A stretch of DNA of 64,000 nt from the NCBI GenBank assembly GCA_044892525.1, contig CM097885.1, forward strand, positions 19,966,001 through 20,030,000. Direction: 5' to 3'. The position numbers were made by a program, and so were the translations under genes. Shown in pieces: positions 1 through 13,725 of this stretch; position 1 is the first letter of the stretch, and each line of letters starts with the position of its first letter. The notes under the pieces are model-generated. The model saw only the letters and a list, made by a program, of their open reading frames with translations. It was not told the origin of the DNA and did not search any database. The DNA is from Schmidtea polychroa (taxonomy: Eukaryota).

Positions 1-829
1 TATTTTACTTTTATTTTTTATTTCTTATGATTACCTTTTCTTTGAACTTGTTTTAATCTTGTTATTTCTTTTTTGTTATGTTTGTATAATTTTCTGCCGA
101 ACTTCTCGCAATGTTATTATTTTAACATTATTTTTATGTTTATGATTTTCTATGTCTGTTTTCTCCATATTTAACGATTTACTTGGTGTTTCTATTGTGT
201 TTTGAGTTTAATTCAACTTAATGATTTTCTGTGTTGTGTCACCGACTTATCTCTACAAAATAATCACTATTATCATTTTATGTTGTCATAACGAAAATAA
301 TTAAAATATCAAAAAAAGAAAACATATCAAAGGTGATCAAAAATAAAGATTTTCATATATATCGTCGGTTTAAAAGCAGAAATCACTAAGTCAAAAAACA
401 TAGTTTTTAGTAAATCGATATTTCTGATTGTATTATAATAGCACGATTGACTTAGTGCAATAAATGTCCGCCTAAAAACCTCAACAATATCAATTTACGA
501 CTTATAAAAAAAGTTGGCATTATAATGATTTAATTTAGTACAAAAAATCAAAATCTTGGAAAATGTACTTAGTGAATTTTGCTTGTAAACCAACGATATT
601 TATTTTTAATTTTTATTTCATTTTAAAGACAATCCGATTACTTACAATTGTATTCAAATTTTTTTTGGTTGATGTTTGTTTGAAATAGCCAAAAATTAAA
701 TGAAAAGTTAATAATATTTTTAATAAAAGTATTGATTTTTTAGCGAAAATAAATTTTTTTAAATTAAAACTAGCTTCTGTGTCTCATTATTTTGAATAAA
801 CATATTTTAGTTTTTTAAACTTTATTCTG

Positions 830-1301
830 CGGAGCGCAAAAAAATCAAAATGCGTAAGTAATGGGAAGACTAGATGGTCAATGGTTACCATTCATTCACT
901 AGTCTGAGAGGTCAATTAAAAGAGCCTCTTATCCTGAAGTATGTCAGTGGATCGACGAATGTTGGTGTGAAGTAACCGCGGATTATATCTGCGAATATCC
1001 AACCGAAGCGCTAACAACTGTGATTTCTCGTCCCACTGATAGCGAAGAAGAATCTGAAAAAGAATCCGAAAATCATATCGAATCTGAAATTCCAGATTTT
1101 TTGGACGAGGTGTCTTTAATATTGAATCTGATGAGGAATTTGATGGATTTAATTAATAAAGATTAATTTTTAAAAATGTAAAATCTTTTTTTAATAAATT
1201 GATTTTGTGTATGAGCTGTATAATCCGATATTCTATTTTTTCTTTTTCACAACTTTTTTTTCCTTCGATAAGCCGCGGCTTATAAACAAGAACTTATGGT
1301 A
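830..1301 (+). mobile_element. pogo/Tigger-like DNA transposon 3' remnant
   Basis: Degenerate translation ..KRASYPEVCQWIDECWCEV.. resembles a pogo transposase C-terminus, followed by an acidic tail and the terminal-like ATAAGCCGCGGCTTATA...TATGGTA; boundaries approximate. Confidence 0.45.
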
Positions 1302-1589
1302 TGTAAAATAAGTTTTGCAAAAGAAATTTTGCACTGAAATGTTATTATTAATGTTTAGAATTCGGAATTGGCTTTAAAGTTGGCCGAATAATGAAAATTA
1401 TAAGTAAAAGAAACCAAAAGAAGTACTTATAAATTGTTGTCGATCTAACTTAAAAATTGTAAATAAAAGACAAACGTTCAAAATATCAAAAAACTTCTGT
1501 AAGTGATCCGCATTCATTTCCCTCATGAACGACATGAATACGCATGAAATAAATGATTGTTAAATCAAATTGAAATTACCTAGAACATG

Positions 1590-1797
1590 TGGTACTTTTG
1601 TCGTATTTCCCCACAGTTAAATAATCAGTTAAATAAAAAATATAATTAAACAAAACAACATCTATAAATAAAAAAATTATATTGAGTTCGACCAGTCCTC
1701 ATGTGACCTGTACCGCTAGGGGGTCAAAATACTTTGTCGGATAAACTTAGACTATATGTAAATTATTTAACTATGAGGAAATACGACAAAAGTACCA
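1590..1797. mobile_element. MITE with ~36-bp TIRs (TGGTACTTTTGTCGTATTTCC...)
   Basis: 1590-1625 is the near-exact reverse complement of 1762-1797; no clear TSD. Confidence 0.65.
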
Positions 1798-1960
1798 AGT
1801 GAATATAATAAAGTACACAACTAAAATCAATGCCCAGTAAACATTTTGTAAATCTTAGAGTATTAAGTAGGATTGAAGAGATTGACGATTAAACGAAAGT
1901 TGTATACACCTAATTCCGAAATTTAATAACTTCTATAATCTAAAAAATATCAATAAATTT

Positions 1961-2407
1961 GAAACCATGTCATCTGCGCGGACGTCAATTGCGCGGGTAG
2001 TCAATTACGGGGGCGTCAATTGCGCGGGTCCAACTACGCGGATAGTAAACTGATGAGGTGGTTAATTACATTTTTCCCTTGTTTCCAAATTTTGTTATTT
2101 ATATTTATATGGTATTTATTTCATTATTTTTCGTCACAAATAACCAAAAATCACACTTTTGCAAAATCAAGTGGGTTATATATTACCTAAATAAACTATC
2201 ACAAAATTAATCAAACAAATATCAATATCAATATAAAAGTCCAATTTAAATAATACTAGTAAGTAATTCCTAAATTGAGGCCTCATAGCAACTGTAAGCC
2301 CATTTAATAATTTATTTAATAATAATTAATTGATTTAATAATAATTAAGCCCATTTAATAATTTATTTAATAATAATTAATTGGCGTCCGCGCAATTGAC
2401 GTGCTAC
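1961..2407. mobile_element. Mutator-like MITE
   Basis: GTCAATTGCGCGG subterminal repeats at the left with an inverted copy at 2385-2403; flanked by (a/g)ATAAATTT duplication at 1952-1960 and 2408-2416. Confidence 0.55.
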
Positions 2408-2719
2408 GATAAATTTATAGTATAGGAACACACAAACTTACAATGTGTGTAAAAATTTAATGTTGCGAAATTCAATAACTTTTGTATTTATTAAAACTTT
2501 TATATATCGATACTTAATTAATATTTTTACTGATTCATAGTCAAGCTTTTTATTGAATACAATGTCAATATTGTTAGTTTAATTAAATAAACAAATTTTA
2601 AATTCTTTATAAAAGATAAAACAATAAAATTTATTGATAAGAGTCAGTAAAATTGCATGTTATCAATAGAAAAATATAATAAATATAAATATGTAAACAT
2701 TATAATCAACAGTTCAATT

Positions 2720-4036
2720 TTAATAATTTACTAAAACTAAATAATAATACCAGAAAAATACGTTATATAAAATAAAACAAGCAGGAAAAATGAATCTACT
2801 ATATCTGTCGACGTCGGAGTCAGTTATTTCAACTGAAAACGGACGATTTCTTTTCATAAATCTCACTTTATCCCGATATTTCAACACATTCTTTTCTTTA
2901 ACCATTGTGCGAAAATCATTTGTGAAAGCCGCATCATTTACGACTGATAAATTGACTTTCAAAAACAATTTATCCAGTCTCTCAATTTCTTGATGGACGA
3001 CCAAATTTACATCCTGATTCCATTGCTTTGTTTTTCGATTCTGCATCGCTGTACTGGCTAATATATATTCTATGAGGGCCCCGATAACAAACATAATACA
3101 GGCGATCATCCACACGTCAATAGCTTTGATATAACTGACTCTTGGCAGGGTTTTCGTGATTCCAGACGCTTGAGTTAAAATTCCTAGTAAGGTTAGCAAT
3201 CCCAACGTCACTCGTGCCGGTGCAGCATCGACTCGTATCCAGAAATTCAACCAAGAAACAACAACAATCAAACTATTAGGAATAAATGTGCTGACTAAAT
3301 ATGATCCTAATTGTCGTTTAAATGTGAAAATAACTTTTAAACATGTATAGGACCCAGTTGTTGTTTTTGAAGCACTTGTGCAGTCCAGTGTATCAACTTT
3401 TGTTGGTGAATTGAATTCCGGTATTTGGACGGTTTTCCCAATATTTATAGGATCACTGGCTCGCCAAAAGAATTTCAATTCATCTATAGTATAACCGTAA
3501 CTTCCGATATCCATTTCACAATGTTGAGTATCCATGGGAAACGTTTTCAAATCCATTTGACAAGAGAATCCCATTGTTATCTTTTGACTATAGAGAATTT
3601 CTCCTTTTGGATTGAGCCGCATTAAGTAATTCGATCTCGTCATTTTGTGAACATAGCCAGCTTTTCCATTTCTGAAAAATAAATCTGGCAGCCAGACCTT
3701 GTCTTTTAATGCCGGTGTCACGATGTTTGAGTTGAAATAATTCAAATCCTGCAAATCATCCCATCTGAGTCTCGGGTCCACCCATTGTTGACGTAAATAT
3801 AAATCTGTGGAGTAGTCCATATTACTGACATTGACAGAGTCAATTGCCAAAAGTTTCATATAAACCATAACTCTTGTTTGATTTGCATGCAAAGGTAGGT
3901 CAGTGTTGGTATAATTGGTGAAGATGACTTCAAAGATTTTCTCCTGATCATTATTTTTCGTTTGTATTTCTACAATAAATCCCATCAATACCAAAATGTA
4001 CTTTCCGAGATTTCCAAGAACTCTTTGTCGAAACAT
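2720..4036 (-). CDS. Cys-loop ligand-gated chloride channel subunit (lophotrochozoan GluCl-like), single exon, 438 aa from first ATG
   Basis: WLPDLFFRN loop A, Cys-loop CQMDLKTFPMDTQHC, second Cys pair, PAR anion-selectivity motif before M2 (AAPARVTLGLLTLL), four TM segments; uninterrupted ORF. Confidence 0.93.
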   Translation of the reverse strand: MFRQRVLGNLGKYILVLMGFIVEIQTKNNDQEKIFEVIFTNYTNTDLPLHANQTRVMVYMKLLAIDSVNVSNMDYSTDLYLRQQWVDPRLRWDDLQDLNYFNSNIVTPALKDKVWLPDLFFRNGKAGYVHKMTRSNYLMRLNPKGEILYSQKITMGFSCQMDLKTFPMDTQHCEMDIGSYGYTIDELKFFWRASDPINIGKTVQIPEFNSPTKVDTLDCTSASKTTTGSYTCLKVIFTFKRQLGSYLVSTFIPNSLIVVVSWLNFWIRVDAAPARVTLGLLTLLGILTQASGITKTLPRVSYIKAIDVWMIACIMFVIGALIEYILASTAMQNRKTKQWNQDVNLVVHQEIERLDKLFLKVNLSVVNDAAFTNDFRTMVKEKNVLKYRDKVRFMKRNRPFSVEITDSDVDRYSRFIFPACFILYNVFFWYYYLVLVNY

Positions 4037-4778
4037 ATATATTTCTGAAAACGTGTTTTCACTTATTTTCAAGACCTACAGCGATTTTCTCGCGATTTGT
4101 TCTCAATCTTACAAATCAATCAGTTTTTTTGAGAAATAATCCGAGGAAAAAATTGAAAAAAATTCATCCAATCTTAAGAGATCTAGAGTTGAAACAAGAG
4201 CTAACCGTTGGAAAAGTCGACAGAATCAATTCAAACTGAGCTGTACATTGGGTAAGTTGCAAATAAATTTTTGTACTGCAATCAAATTTATGTATTTCAT
4301 TTTCCTCTGGAGATGCTCAAGAAAGCATAACAGACATCTAGAGCTCTACTTTTGAAAAATAATATTTTTTTACACATCCAATCGAAATAGAGTTTACTCA
4401 TCGTCACCTGAATTTCTCGATCTTTTGTTCCCACTAGATGAGGTAACTTCCTCCTCCCTAGTCCCCATGTTAGTAAGCTCGGTTGCGTTCATTCACAAAT
4501 TTGCAAAAAAGTTTGTGTGTTTTATTCGTAATTTTATTCATAATTGACGCTATTTGTTAACTAGAGGCACAAACTTTAGGTACACTATGGCCCCCCTTTA
4601 GTATCATGATATTATCTTTCTCTTATTTATTTATTGTTTAACTCGTTTCACGAGTGTATTATATCATGGTTCACTGACTTTTCTAACTCACTATTCAAAA
4701 GATTCATTTAACCGTTATTTATACACAACTGTAAAAATAATTTTTATTATTTTATATTTTTTACATTTTTATAATGCT

Positions 4779-5060
4779 TAAAATATGCTTAATATTATAC
4801 ATACTATAAAATATATACATATTAAAATATATAAAAATATATAAAAATATATAAAAAATATATAAAAATATGTAAAAATATATAAAATATATAAAAATAT
4901 ATTAAAATATATAAAATATATAAAAATATATATAAATATATAAAAAATATATAAAAATATATTAAAATATATTAAATATATTAAAATATATAAAATATAT
5001 AAAAAATATATAAAATATATACATATTATAAAATATACATATGCTTTAAAATATACATAC
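4779..5060. repeat. AT-only low-complexity minisatellite (ATATAAAA-type)
   Basis: Direct inspection. Confidence 0.85.
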
Positions 5061-5449
5061 ACCGAGGGCCGGCACTAACAAAAGTGGGGAAGGTGCAAAG
5101 TTTCATTGCGGGGCCTTGAAAGAAAGTTCATAGAAGAAATAATAATTTATGGCAATTTGTGATCTATTACTTTCAGAATAGTAAGGAAAAAATCTGAAAT
5201 TAATAAAAATAAAATTAAAATTTCAAACAAAAAACTTTATAATTATGACACATATTATTATTTATTTATGATTATTTATACTTTTATTATTTTATCAATT
5301 CTACATACATGGATTTATCATTTTCTCATATATTTTATTACAAATTCATTAATAATGTCATCATAACTTAAACTTATGGTTAATTATAAGAACTTTTTTC
5401 AATTTTCACCACTGATTTCTTTTCAATTGACATTGTATTTATCATTTTA

Positions 5450-6163
5450 ATAATTTTGCTACACAGAGCTTCTTCGTGCACAATGCAATGTATTTGTTAT
5501 ATTCAAGTTTTGTTGTTTGGTACTCACTAATACAACGACACCAACTTTTTGTGAATACATAGCTGGCTATCATCTTTCTTAGCTCAAAACTTGTTTTTAC
5601 AGAATTTTCTGCAAACTTGCTTACATTCGAAAATAAGTTTCGTTGCTTAGAAATCCTATCTTAAGCTGGTTAACTTTTTCATTCCTGAGTTTTCCAGTAA
5701 ATTTATCATATTTTTTTCGGTGCATGGTGTCTTAGTGACAGCAAAAGTTGAACTCCTTTGATACTGCGATTGTCTGCTGACATATAAGACACTGAATTTT
5801 ATCTTTAACTTCAGTGAAAAAATATAAATTCTCCTACTTTTCTAGGAAAACCCTTTTTTCATCAACTAGTGTTCCTTTTTTTAGATAACGAAGTCATTTT
5901 TGGATGAGTTAAAAATTTAAATATAAAAATTATTATTTTTAATACAATCGAATTTTTTTGAATATAAATATTTTTCGATAAAATTCATAAAAATGCCGTA
6001 ACGAAGCTTTTATTAATTTGCAAGTGGATGCCATCTGTTCAAATAAAAATAATTTGAAGTTAGGTTTTAGGTTAGTCAATTGCGATTTTAATTGTTAGAT
6101 GAGTTTGGTTAAATTACAATATCTGTGGGGTTCACTGAGGGCCGCGTATTTTTGACCCTTGAT
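5450..6163 (-). mobile_element. SPIN/Buster (GTF2IRD2-like) hAT transposon remnant
   Basis: Fragments translate to FFTEVKDKIQCLICQQTIAVSKEFN and IHCIVHEEALC; hAT-like terminus (rc TCAAGGGTCAAAAATACGCGGCCC) at ~6140-6163. Confidence 0.6.
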
Positions 6164-7668
6164 CTAACCTAACAAAATCGGGAAAAATCTAAGAAAATAA
6201 CTCGAACAAATGGATACAACACATCGCCAATTACGTGAAATCGGCAATAGGCTTTGTTAGGAGGTTTCTATTATATTTGTGCGTATTATATTTGTCTTAT
6301 ACTATATGTATTATGCTTGTATTTATGTTCGTGAATGCTGTAATAAATATGGTAGTACCCAACCGAGTCTCCAGTAAATAAACTGTTTCGGGACAGCTGG
6401 GGTGAATGTATGTAGGAATGTATATAAAAATACAATAATAAATTAACAATAACGGCTACCAAACAATAAAAACTTTTATTAGTAAAATAAATAAAATAAT
6501 ATGCACTTATATGGACTTTGTTTCGAATATAATTCTATTCTCAGGATAGTTAGGTTTCCTTTAGTTTCACGTATAATTTAGTTCTCAGGGTATTTTTGTT
6601 TATTTTAGATCTGAATATAGATTGATCCGAAGGATATTTTGGTTTCGGATATAAATTAATCCGAAGGGTATATTGGTTTTCTTTAGTTTCGGATATAGGC
6701 AAATTCGAAGAATATTTTGTTTTCGGATATCTTTTGCTTTCTTTTATTTCTGCTATTTATTAGGATCTTCGTCTTTTATTCTTTTTTAGTCTTGTCGATT
6801 TTATTTTAAAGCTGTTTCTATCGTTATTTTTTTGGTTTATTTCAATTGTATTTTTTCATGGAGTTATTGATTTTTTTTCTTTTTGTCGATATTTGTATAG
6901 CGATAATTTACCATAGTAAATTATCGCTATATAGTATTTTTTATTCATTTGCCATTGCGGCCTACCCTCAATAAAATAACAAGGCGTCGCAAAACCTTGT
7001 TTAAAAATAAATAAAATGTATTACTGTACATTTTACCTGAATTAAACACTTTTTGTAATATATGGTTTTCTCCTAATAAACATATCCTCCAATTCGTTAC
7101 CAATTAAACAATCTCCTTATTATTGTTTTATAAAATGAAGCCATTTAAAAATAAAATAAATAAATAAAATCAAAAACATTATAAAATATTTAATTTAATT
7201 ATAACATATTTCACCAATAAAAAACGACCTGGGGCGTTTTGTTTACAATTTGATTCAATGTCATAATATAAATATAATAATTTTTTATTTACAAATAAAA
7301 GAAATCGAACAGCTTGTCATACTTTCTGCACAATAAAAATGTATTTTTTACAAAACGGTTATTTATTTTGATTCTATTGTATACATGTTATGCAAGACTT
7401 TATATAGTGGGACAGATTTTCCATCATGTTATCATTATTATTGGAAGTTTGTAACGTTGATCAAACCTTTTCCTGAGTTTGTCTTTTATGTATTTTTATA
7501 AAATTTGGAAAATACAGACATTTATTGCTATTTTAAGTTAAATTAAGCAATCAAGTTTCAAATAGACTTAACGTTCCAACACGCAATATGTTAAAAAATA
7601 TGTTTAAAAAGTAATTTAGTGCATGCAATTAGAACTGTCCCATGACTATATGTCACCATAGGTAGTTA

Positions 7669-8642
7669 TGTTGAGGATACCTAAATGATAAATAGTATAA
7701 TAAATAAATAAAATTACCTGGGGGAAGATCGTCATGACAAACGGGACAATCTGTGGGAACTCAGAAAAGAAAGCGGAAGCAAAAAGAAATGAGAAGTGAG
7801 GAAGAGGAAGAAATCAAACATGAAAATAAAAAAACCAAGGTCAGTACTAATTAATTAGTACAAAAAGGGAAAGGAATTCAAAATCGGGAAAACAGAAAAA
7901 CAACAATATTCTTATCTCGACAACTTGTAAGAGATAAGGGAAACAAAACAAAAACATGCCGGAGCAGTAAAAGGAAAAAAATTATAAACATTGCGACAGC
8001 TATCAAAGATAATTCGGTCGCAGGGAAAACTGAAAAATCATGTTGGGAAAAATGGTGGAGTTGGAGATAAACTGAAGTGCAACAAATTAACGAGGTATAA
8101 AAGAGGTGACACAGCAGAAGCAAGTAGAAGAAAGGATAGAGAAGAAACTATAGAAGAATTATAGGTGAGTAACTATATAGAGGACGAATTATCAAATTAA
8201 GAAGATGTGGGAGAATTGTATTAGCGAGCAGTTTGGAGAAGCCATTGAGAGAACAAGTTAGAAGAAATATTTGAATAAAGTTGAAACAGAGAAACTAAAA
8301 AGAAAACAGAATTTAAGAGAATCAGCAAGAGTTTATTCAGTTGATAATAGAATTAAAGTAAGGCGAGTAAATCCCAGTCAAAATTAGAGAACAACCAGCT
8401 AAAATTACCAATTATTACACTCCTCAGTTGTGAGAGATTTGTCAAATCAAAGTTATACGAGTGTGCTATTCCTCACCATAGTGTAGTAATAATAGTTAGT
8501 TTGTTGAGTCAATTGTAACATCGTGAAAATATTTGTGATATTCAATAAAGTTTCCAGTGTTAATTGTTATTTGTGGGTCAGTCAAAGACATGCTTGAAGT
8601 CAGAGTAACATTTAAATTTATCACCAACCCAATAACCCAACA
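7669..8642 (+). mobile_element. solo LTR (~970 bp), family A
   Basis: TGTTG...CAACA ends; both ends homologous to the inverted copy at 59715-60654; flanks GTTA/ATTA (imperfect 4-bp TSD); strand is relative only. Confidence 0.7.
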
Positions 8643-9201
8643 ATTATATATAAAAGCGCCATCATTGCACATTTAGTAAGACAAAATAATATCACGATAT
8701 TTTATTAAATACAACATTTCCAATCTGATTGTATTTGCGGAACATTTTGGTGTCCATTTTTCTGAATTGAAATATTATAAACTTCCATCTTCTTTTTCTT
8801 CTTTTCATTTTGAAAATCCTCTTCAACTATTTGATTTGTTATCTAAACCAAAATAAATAGTTTATTTTTAATATATCTAAATATATATAAATATTCAAAC
8901 AACTGCGCAGATAGTAAAAAGTGAGAAATATGAATAAATAACATTATGTTAGGCAGTCAGCGTAATTGATTATTTAAAAGAAATTTACTATATTGATGTT
9001 TTATTAGTACGAAAACAAGTATAAGATAGTGCAAAAGATTTTAGATTAGTACGACAGTGTCCAAATTATAATCAAAAATGATGTCATTTGCTTGAATGCA
9101 AGAATTGAGGTTTCACACTGGTCTGAAGAGATTAATAATTGTTGTCAAGATTTTGAATTAGCATGAAACATTAGACTTAGTTTCAATTATCTAACTATAA
9201 A

Positions 9202-10097
9202 CGTGTCAGCCCCTTGTTAGGAAGTCACCTTGCTAGGAAAAAAATTTCAAAATTTATTCAATTATAATAAATATTTTCATTACATAAATTTTAATATTAC
9301 AGAAATTTATTATTAATTTAAAAAGTATAATTTAAATTTGCAAAATAAAAAATAATTTAAATAGAAAAATCTATAAATTAAATAAATTTTTTATTTAATT
9401 TCCTAAGCTAAGTTTAATAGCTCCACTCATTGCTTTAATCAAATTAGCAAAAGATAAAGTACCAGAATTATATCTTTCCTTTGTATTAGTCATATATTCA
9501 TGGGGTTTTATATATATTTTTGGTACTTCCGTGTTATCTTACCCCCCAAAAATTAAATTAAAAAAGAACACAGTTACAAACTCAGCAAATGTTTGTAAAG
9601 AGTTTGTAAATGGTCATCCAGGTGGCCAGAAAACCACAATGTCGTTGAGAATAGTGTCGAACACATCGGCACTGTTGCTTAGAACACGTTTGCGCCACAT
9701 AAACTCACATAATCACATAAATCACAGATATCCTTAATAAATTCATGTTAAATAATGTTCAATAACGTCATCAATAATGTATTCTCTCATTTTTTATATT
9801 GTTATTTTAATTGTATTTTATAATTTAATTTTTGGGGGTAAGATAACACGGGAGTACCATTTTATTTTCTGAACTCTTTCTGAATTGCCTAAAAGAAGTC
9901 CATCAACTTCAACTTCAATAAATATAAATCGTTTATTTTTATGCTATTTTAAGTGATTAATTTAAAAATTAATTAAACTTATAGAAAGAAAATTTTATTA
10001 TAATAGAATAAATTTTGAAATATTTTTTTCCTATCAAAGGGATTTCTTATCAAAGCGATTTTCTAACAAAGGAATTTCATAACAAGGGCCCTGAACC
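9202..10097. mobile_element. Mutator-like MITE with 9-bp TSD, containing a nested MITE
   Basis: AACTATAAA at 9193-9201 and 10098-10106; imperfect TIRs (CCCTTGTTA...GGAAAAAAATTTCAAAATTTATTC and its reverse complement). Confidence 0.7.
9521..9859. mobile_element. MITE with ~40-bp TIRs (TGGTACTTCCGTGTTATCTTACCCCC), possibly Merlin-type
   Basis: Inverted repeat 9521-9562 / 9818-9859; GGTAC terminus shared with the 1590-1797 element. Confidence 0.7.
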
Positions 10098-10200
10098 AAC
10101 TATAAAGTTTTAAAAAAAAGAATCTTTCGTATTATCATAAGATTATTACTTTAAAAAAATTTGTATTTTTGTTTCTAAAATTTGGTGTCCTAGATCAAAG

Positions 10201-10545
10201 AATTTATCATTGTTGAAGATCTTGACCATCATCAGAGATATCATTGTTAATAAGACGAAAACTTCTCTTTCCTGCATTTCTGGCATATTTGATCCATTGA
10301 TTTTGACTCGATTTGATGGTTCTTCAACTTCTTCAGTAACTTCTGCAACTTCTTCAACTTTTTCGACTTCAGTGACAACTTCAGTGACTTCGTTAGACAT
10401 GTTTGAATTTGATGATGATTTTCGATAAAAGTCAAAAAGTAAAGGATAATTTAAACAATCGTTTTTAATTTTAATTTAATTAATTTAATAATATAATTTT
10501 AGTTCAATTATTAAATTGATAAAAGTGCAAGTCAGAAGCACTACA
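10201..10545 (-). mobile_element. truncated LTR, family B (homolog of 20653-21042)
   Basis: Starts TGTAGTGC on the minus strand at 10545; colinear similarity with 20690-21042 including the MSNEVTEVV ORF. Confidence 0.7.
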
Positions 10546-11714
10546 GTCGGATTTTATCTAATTAAGGTTTGGCAGTGACTATTTTGATTAATCTGTTATT
10601 TAAATAAATAATTGTTATATATAATTAAAGGGACAATCACAAATTGCATTTTTTTAATTATAAATTTCAGAACTTCACAGTAATCTTTCAACCGCCAGGA
10701 AAAAAACTGTACATGAGGATGAGAACTTAAAATATTAAAAGACTTTCCTCGGTCATTTAAAGATGAAAAATTGTAAACACCAAAAGTTAACTACGTAACA
10801 ATTCGAGAGTTAGGTAAAAAGGTTTAGGCCAGTCATTAACAGTTTGGGGTCACTTAGAACAAATGGACATAATACATACAACAATACCTTTGTATAATTG
10901 ATTCATGTCCAAAGAGACGAGATTCCTGTCGCCTTTGTCAGCATACCCAACTACGTAGCAAGACCCAAAGCAACACGGAGGAAAAGCTGATTCGATATTG
11001 GAGAAAAATTTATTAACTGTAACAGTTCCTATTTGGATTAATAGTTTATTAAAGCTGACTTATTACCGTTTTAAAGTTATAGTTTTAAAATCGACAATTT
11101 TTTTCGACTAACCGAATAGTAAGTAATATAATTAATATAATTTCTGAGTTTAAATTAAATAATTAAAAATAATTAAATAATAAATACTGAAATTGTAATA
11201 TTGCGATTGCAACTGAAACATTAATGTTGAAAGCCCCTTTCCCTCTATTAAACATATGAAAAGTCGTGCATTAAAATGTATAGGAAATTCAGTGGGGTAA
11301 GAATATAATTCAATTTTGGAAGGACAGCTCATTGCTAAGATGATCTCAAAGGATTTCCGTTACCATTCCAGAACGTACACTTAATTCAATTACTGGTTTA
11401 ATTTTTAATATTCGCCGTTGCCTTTGAAAATTTCGTTCTTGTTCTTCCACTTGTTTTCATCGCACTAAATAGCGAACGCAATTTTGTGTTGCTCATAACA
11501 ATTTGTTAAGGCTTTTACCTAGAATTTTAATAATTAAATTAACGAGAATTTGATTAAATTATCCATTATTGTGTCCAAAGTTTTTACCACTTAAACTTGG
11601 GATGAGCCATGATAAATAAAAAACTCCAGTTCTTCGTCTCTTACGTGTCTTTCTATTCGAAAATTATTTGAAATTTATTTTAAAAGTTTCACTTGAAGAA
11701 ACTGCTTGAGTACG

Positions 11715-12012
11715 CAGAGCCGGTTCTTGGAACCTGGCCATCCGTGTGCTAGCCAATCTTTCGCCACTCTCTTATTTCGTTAAAATAATTTTTGGGAAAA
11801 TACAAAAATATTCATTTTTTAAGTAGGATAGGACGAAAAATATATTAATTTGTAAAAATGTTTTTTTGTGCTAAGTTCAGTTTATTAATTAAATATTTCC
11901 TTACATAGATAACAGGCAGGCTAAATTGTTATTGGAAATTGAGGTTAAGTTGAATCAGCCGCCTCTAGATATTGACCGTCCACGTGTTAAGCCCACACCA
12001 GGCCCGGCACTG
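11715..12012. mobile_element. non-autonomous hAT element
   Basis: Termini CAGAGCCGG / CCGGCACTG; perfect 8-bp TSD TGAGTACG (11707-11714, 12013-12020). Confidence 0.85.
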
Positions 12013-12968
12013 TGAGTACGAGAAGTAAATTTAAAATATACCTGGTGGTCAATCTTCACTGAAGATAGTTTTGCGCGTTTTGCTGTTTTTTCAAAAACAT
12101 TTTATAAAGTTTGGATTTTTTAAAAATTGCTTTGATGATGAGATTTGTTTTAATTAATTAAGATAAATATTTTGGAAGTTGGTTTTTAATAAAATTTTTA
12201 AATGAATTTTTTTTCGCAGAAATTGACGATGAAATGTTTTACAAGAATTTTGTACGTTTACTATTTCAATTTAATTCCAAAGATGAATGCTAATAGTTTG
12301 TGGTTCAATGGATCTATATTTACAGATGTACAAAAAGGTATCTACTGTATTTTGAAATTTAATATTTTTAAACCTATTCAAAATAAAACTGCAAAACGCG
12401 TACACAATGACATTTAATAACGAAAATTTAATATTAAAATAAAATACTTTTTCAACATTAGTACACATTTTTGTAATTTATGATAAAAATGTTTTTGATA
12501 TTTTCATACATTCCCGGTGATATTTCCACTGTTTTAGCTTCAATAAAATCATTTTTGGGTTTTGCGCACAATTTTGTCTCAAATGGTACTGAAAACAAAA
12601 GTTGAACGGTGCTAGATGACTTGGTTGCCAAAACAAATGTCTTTGCTATTTCAATCCCTCTTCAAGGAACTCCAATTTCTTTGAAATTTATTTTTTGTAT
12701 CATTCTGCGCACAACTTTCGATGTGAAGCAAGATCTAATTATATCAAACTAGTTTTTACTATTACAATAATCATGACAAATAATGAACTATGAACACACA
12801 TTTAGAAGGAAAATCTAGGACATTTACTATGTTTATCAGCTAAACATGTATTTGTTGTTTATAATCTAAGTTCTTAAAATCTTTTCGAAATTTGTCTGAA
12901 ATTTGAAAATGAAAATCGATCAATAGTAAAAATGATAAAAGAATCGTCAATAAAATAAAATTTCGATT

Positions 12969-13725
12969 TGTTGGGGTTGTCGGTGAAATGTGAAATTAAC
13001 AATTATTGATATGATTCCAAGCGTGTCTTGAAATAGCAACAAGAATGACAACTTCTATATATTATCAATATTTATTGTCTATTACAATTACAGTCGATTT
13101 GATTTCTGCTAACACAATTACACAAAAGATTCACCACTAAAAACTCTAAACTCAAACTTATTACGAATCACATCCCAATTAATAACCGCCAAACTTCTTC
13201 CGTTATTATCCTTTAATTTCTGTTTGCTTTCTGTTTCGGTAACATTATTTTACCAAAACGTTTAAATATGTTCTTCTGTCTCATTTCCACGTATGTTTTC
13301 TTCTCTGTTTCTCTTCTGATTGCTACAGTTATGCATCTGCCTTTTATAGGTTGTTATTTGCTGGAACTTAAAAATAAATCCAATCTTGTTTTTGTTTTCT
13401 TTTCTATAATCTCCGCAATTTCTACTCATTGTTGTTATCTCCGACAGCTGTCAAAATATGTAAATTTGATTGCTTTTTTCCATTTTTCATTTTTCCACAT
13501 TCTTTGGTAGTTTATTCGTTATCTTGATGAAGCTGTTGAGATAAAGTAATTTCATTTCCATTTTGTTGTTTGTTTTCTCGTTTTAATTTGTACTTATTAA
13601 TTAATAACAACCTTGTTATATTCCATTGTTTAATTTTTTTTTAATTCTCTGCCTTTTCATCGCTTCCTACTTTTCTAAATTCTTGAACAACATACCATTC
13701 ATTTTATAAATTTCCCCCAATAATT
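12969..13725 (-). mobile_element. diverged LTR related to family A
   Basis: Begins TGTTGGGGTTG like 59715; patchy similarity (GACAGCTGTCAAAATA, TTTCCCCCA) to 59715-60654; right boundary uncertain. Confidence 0.45.

Noticed and set aside
4778..5062. 94-aa Y/I/F-rich ORF
   Set aside because: Translation of an AT minisatellite
6254..7090. Possible additional LTR fragments (TGTTAGG, TGTAGG starts, PBS-like TGGTAG)
   Set aside because: No second copy, TSD or coding remnant to support them
10146..10400. Dynein light chain-like host gene (VKINGSNMPEMQ resembles DLC N-termini); same for 20646-20870
   Set aside because: Lacks the WHCIVG core and lies within an LTR bounded by PPT and TSD
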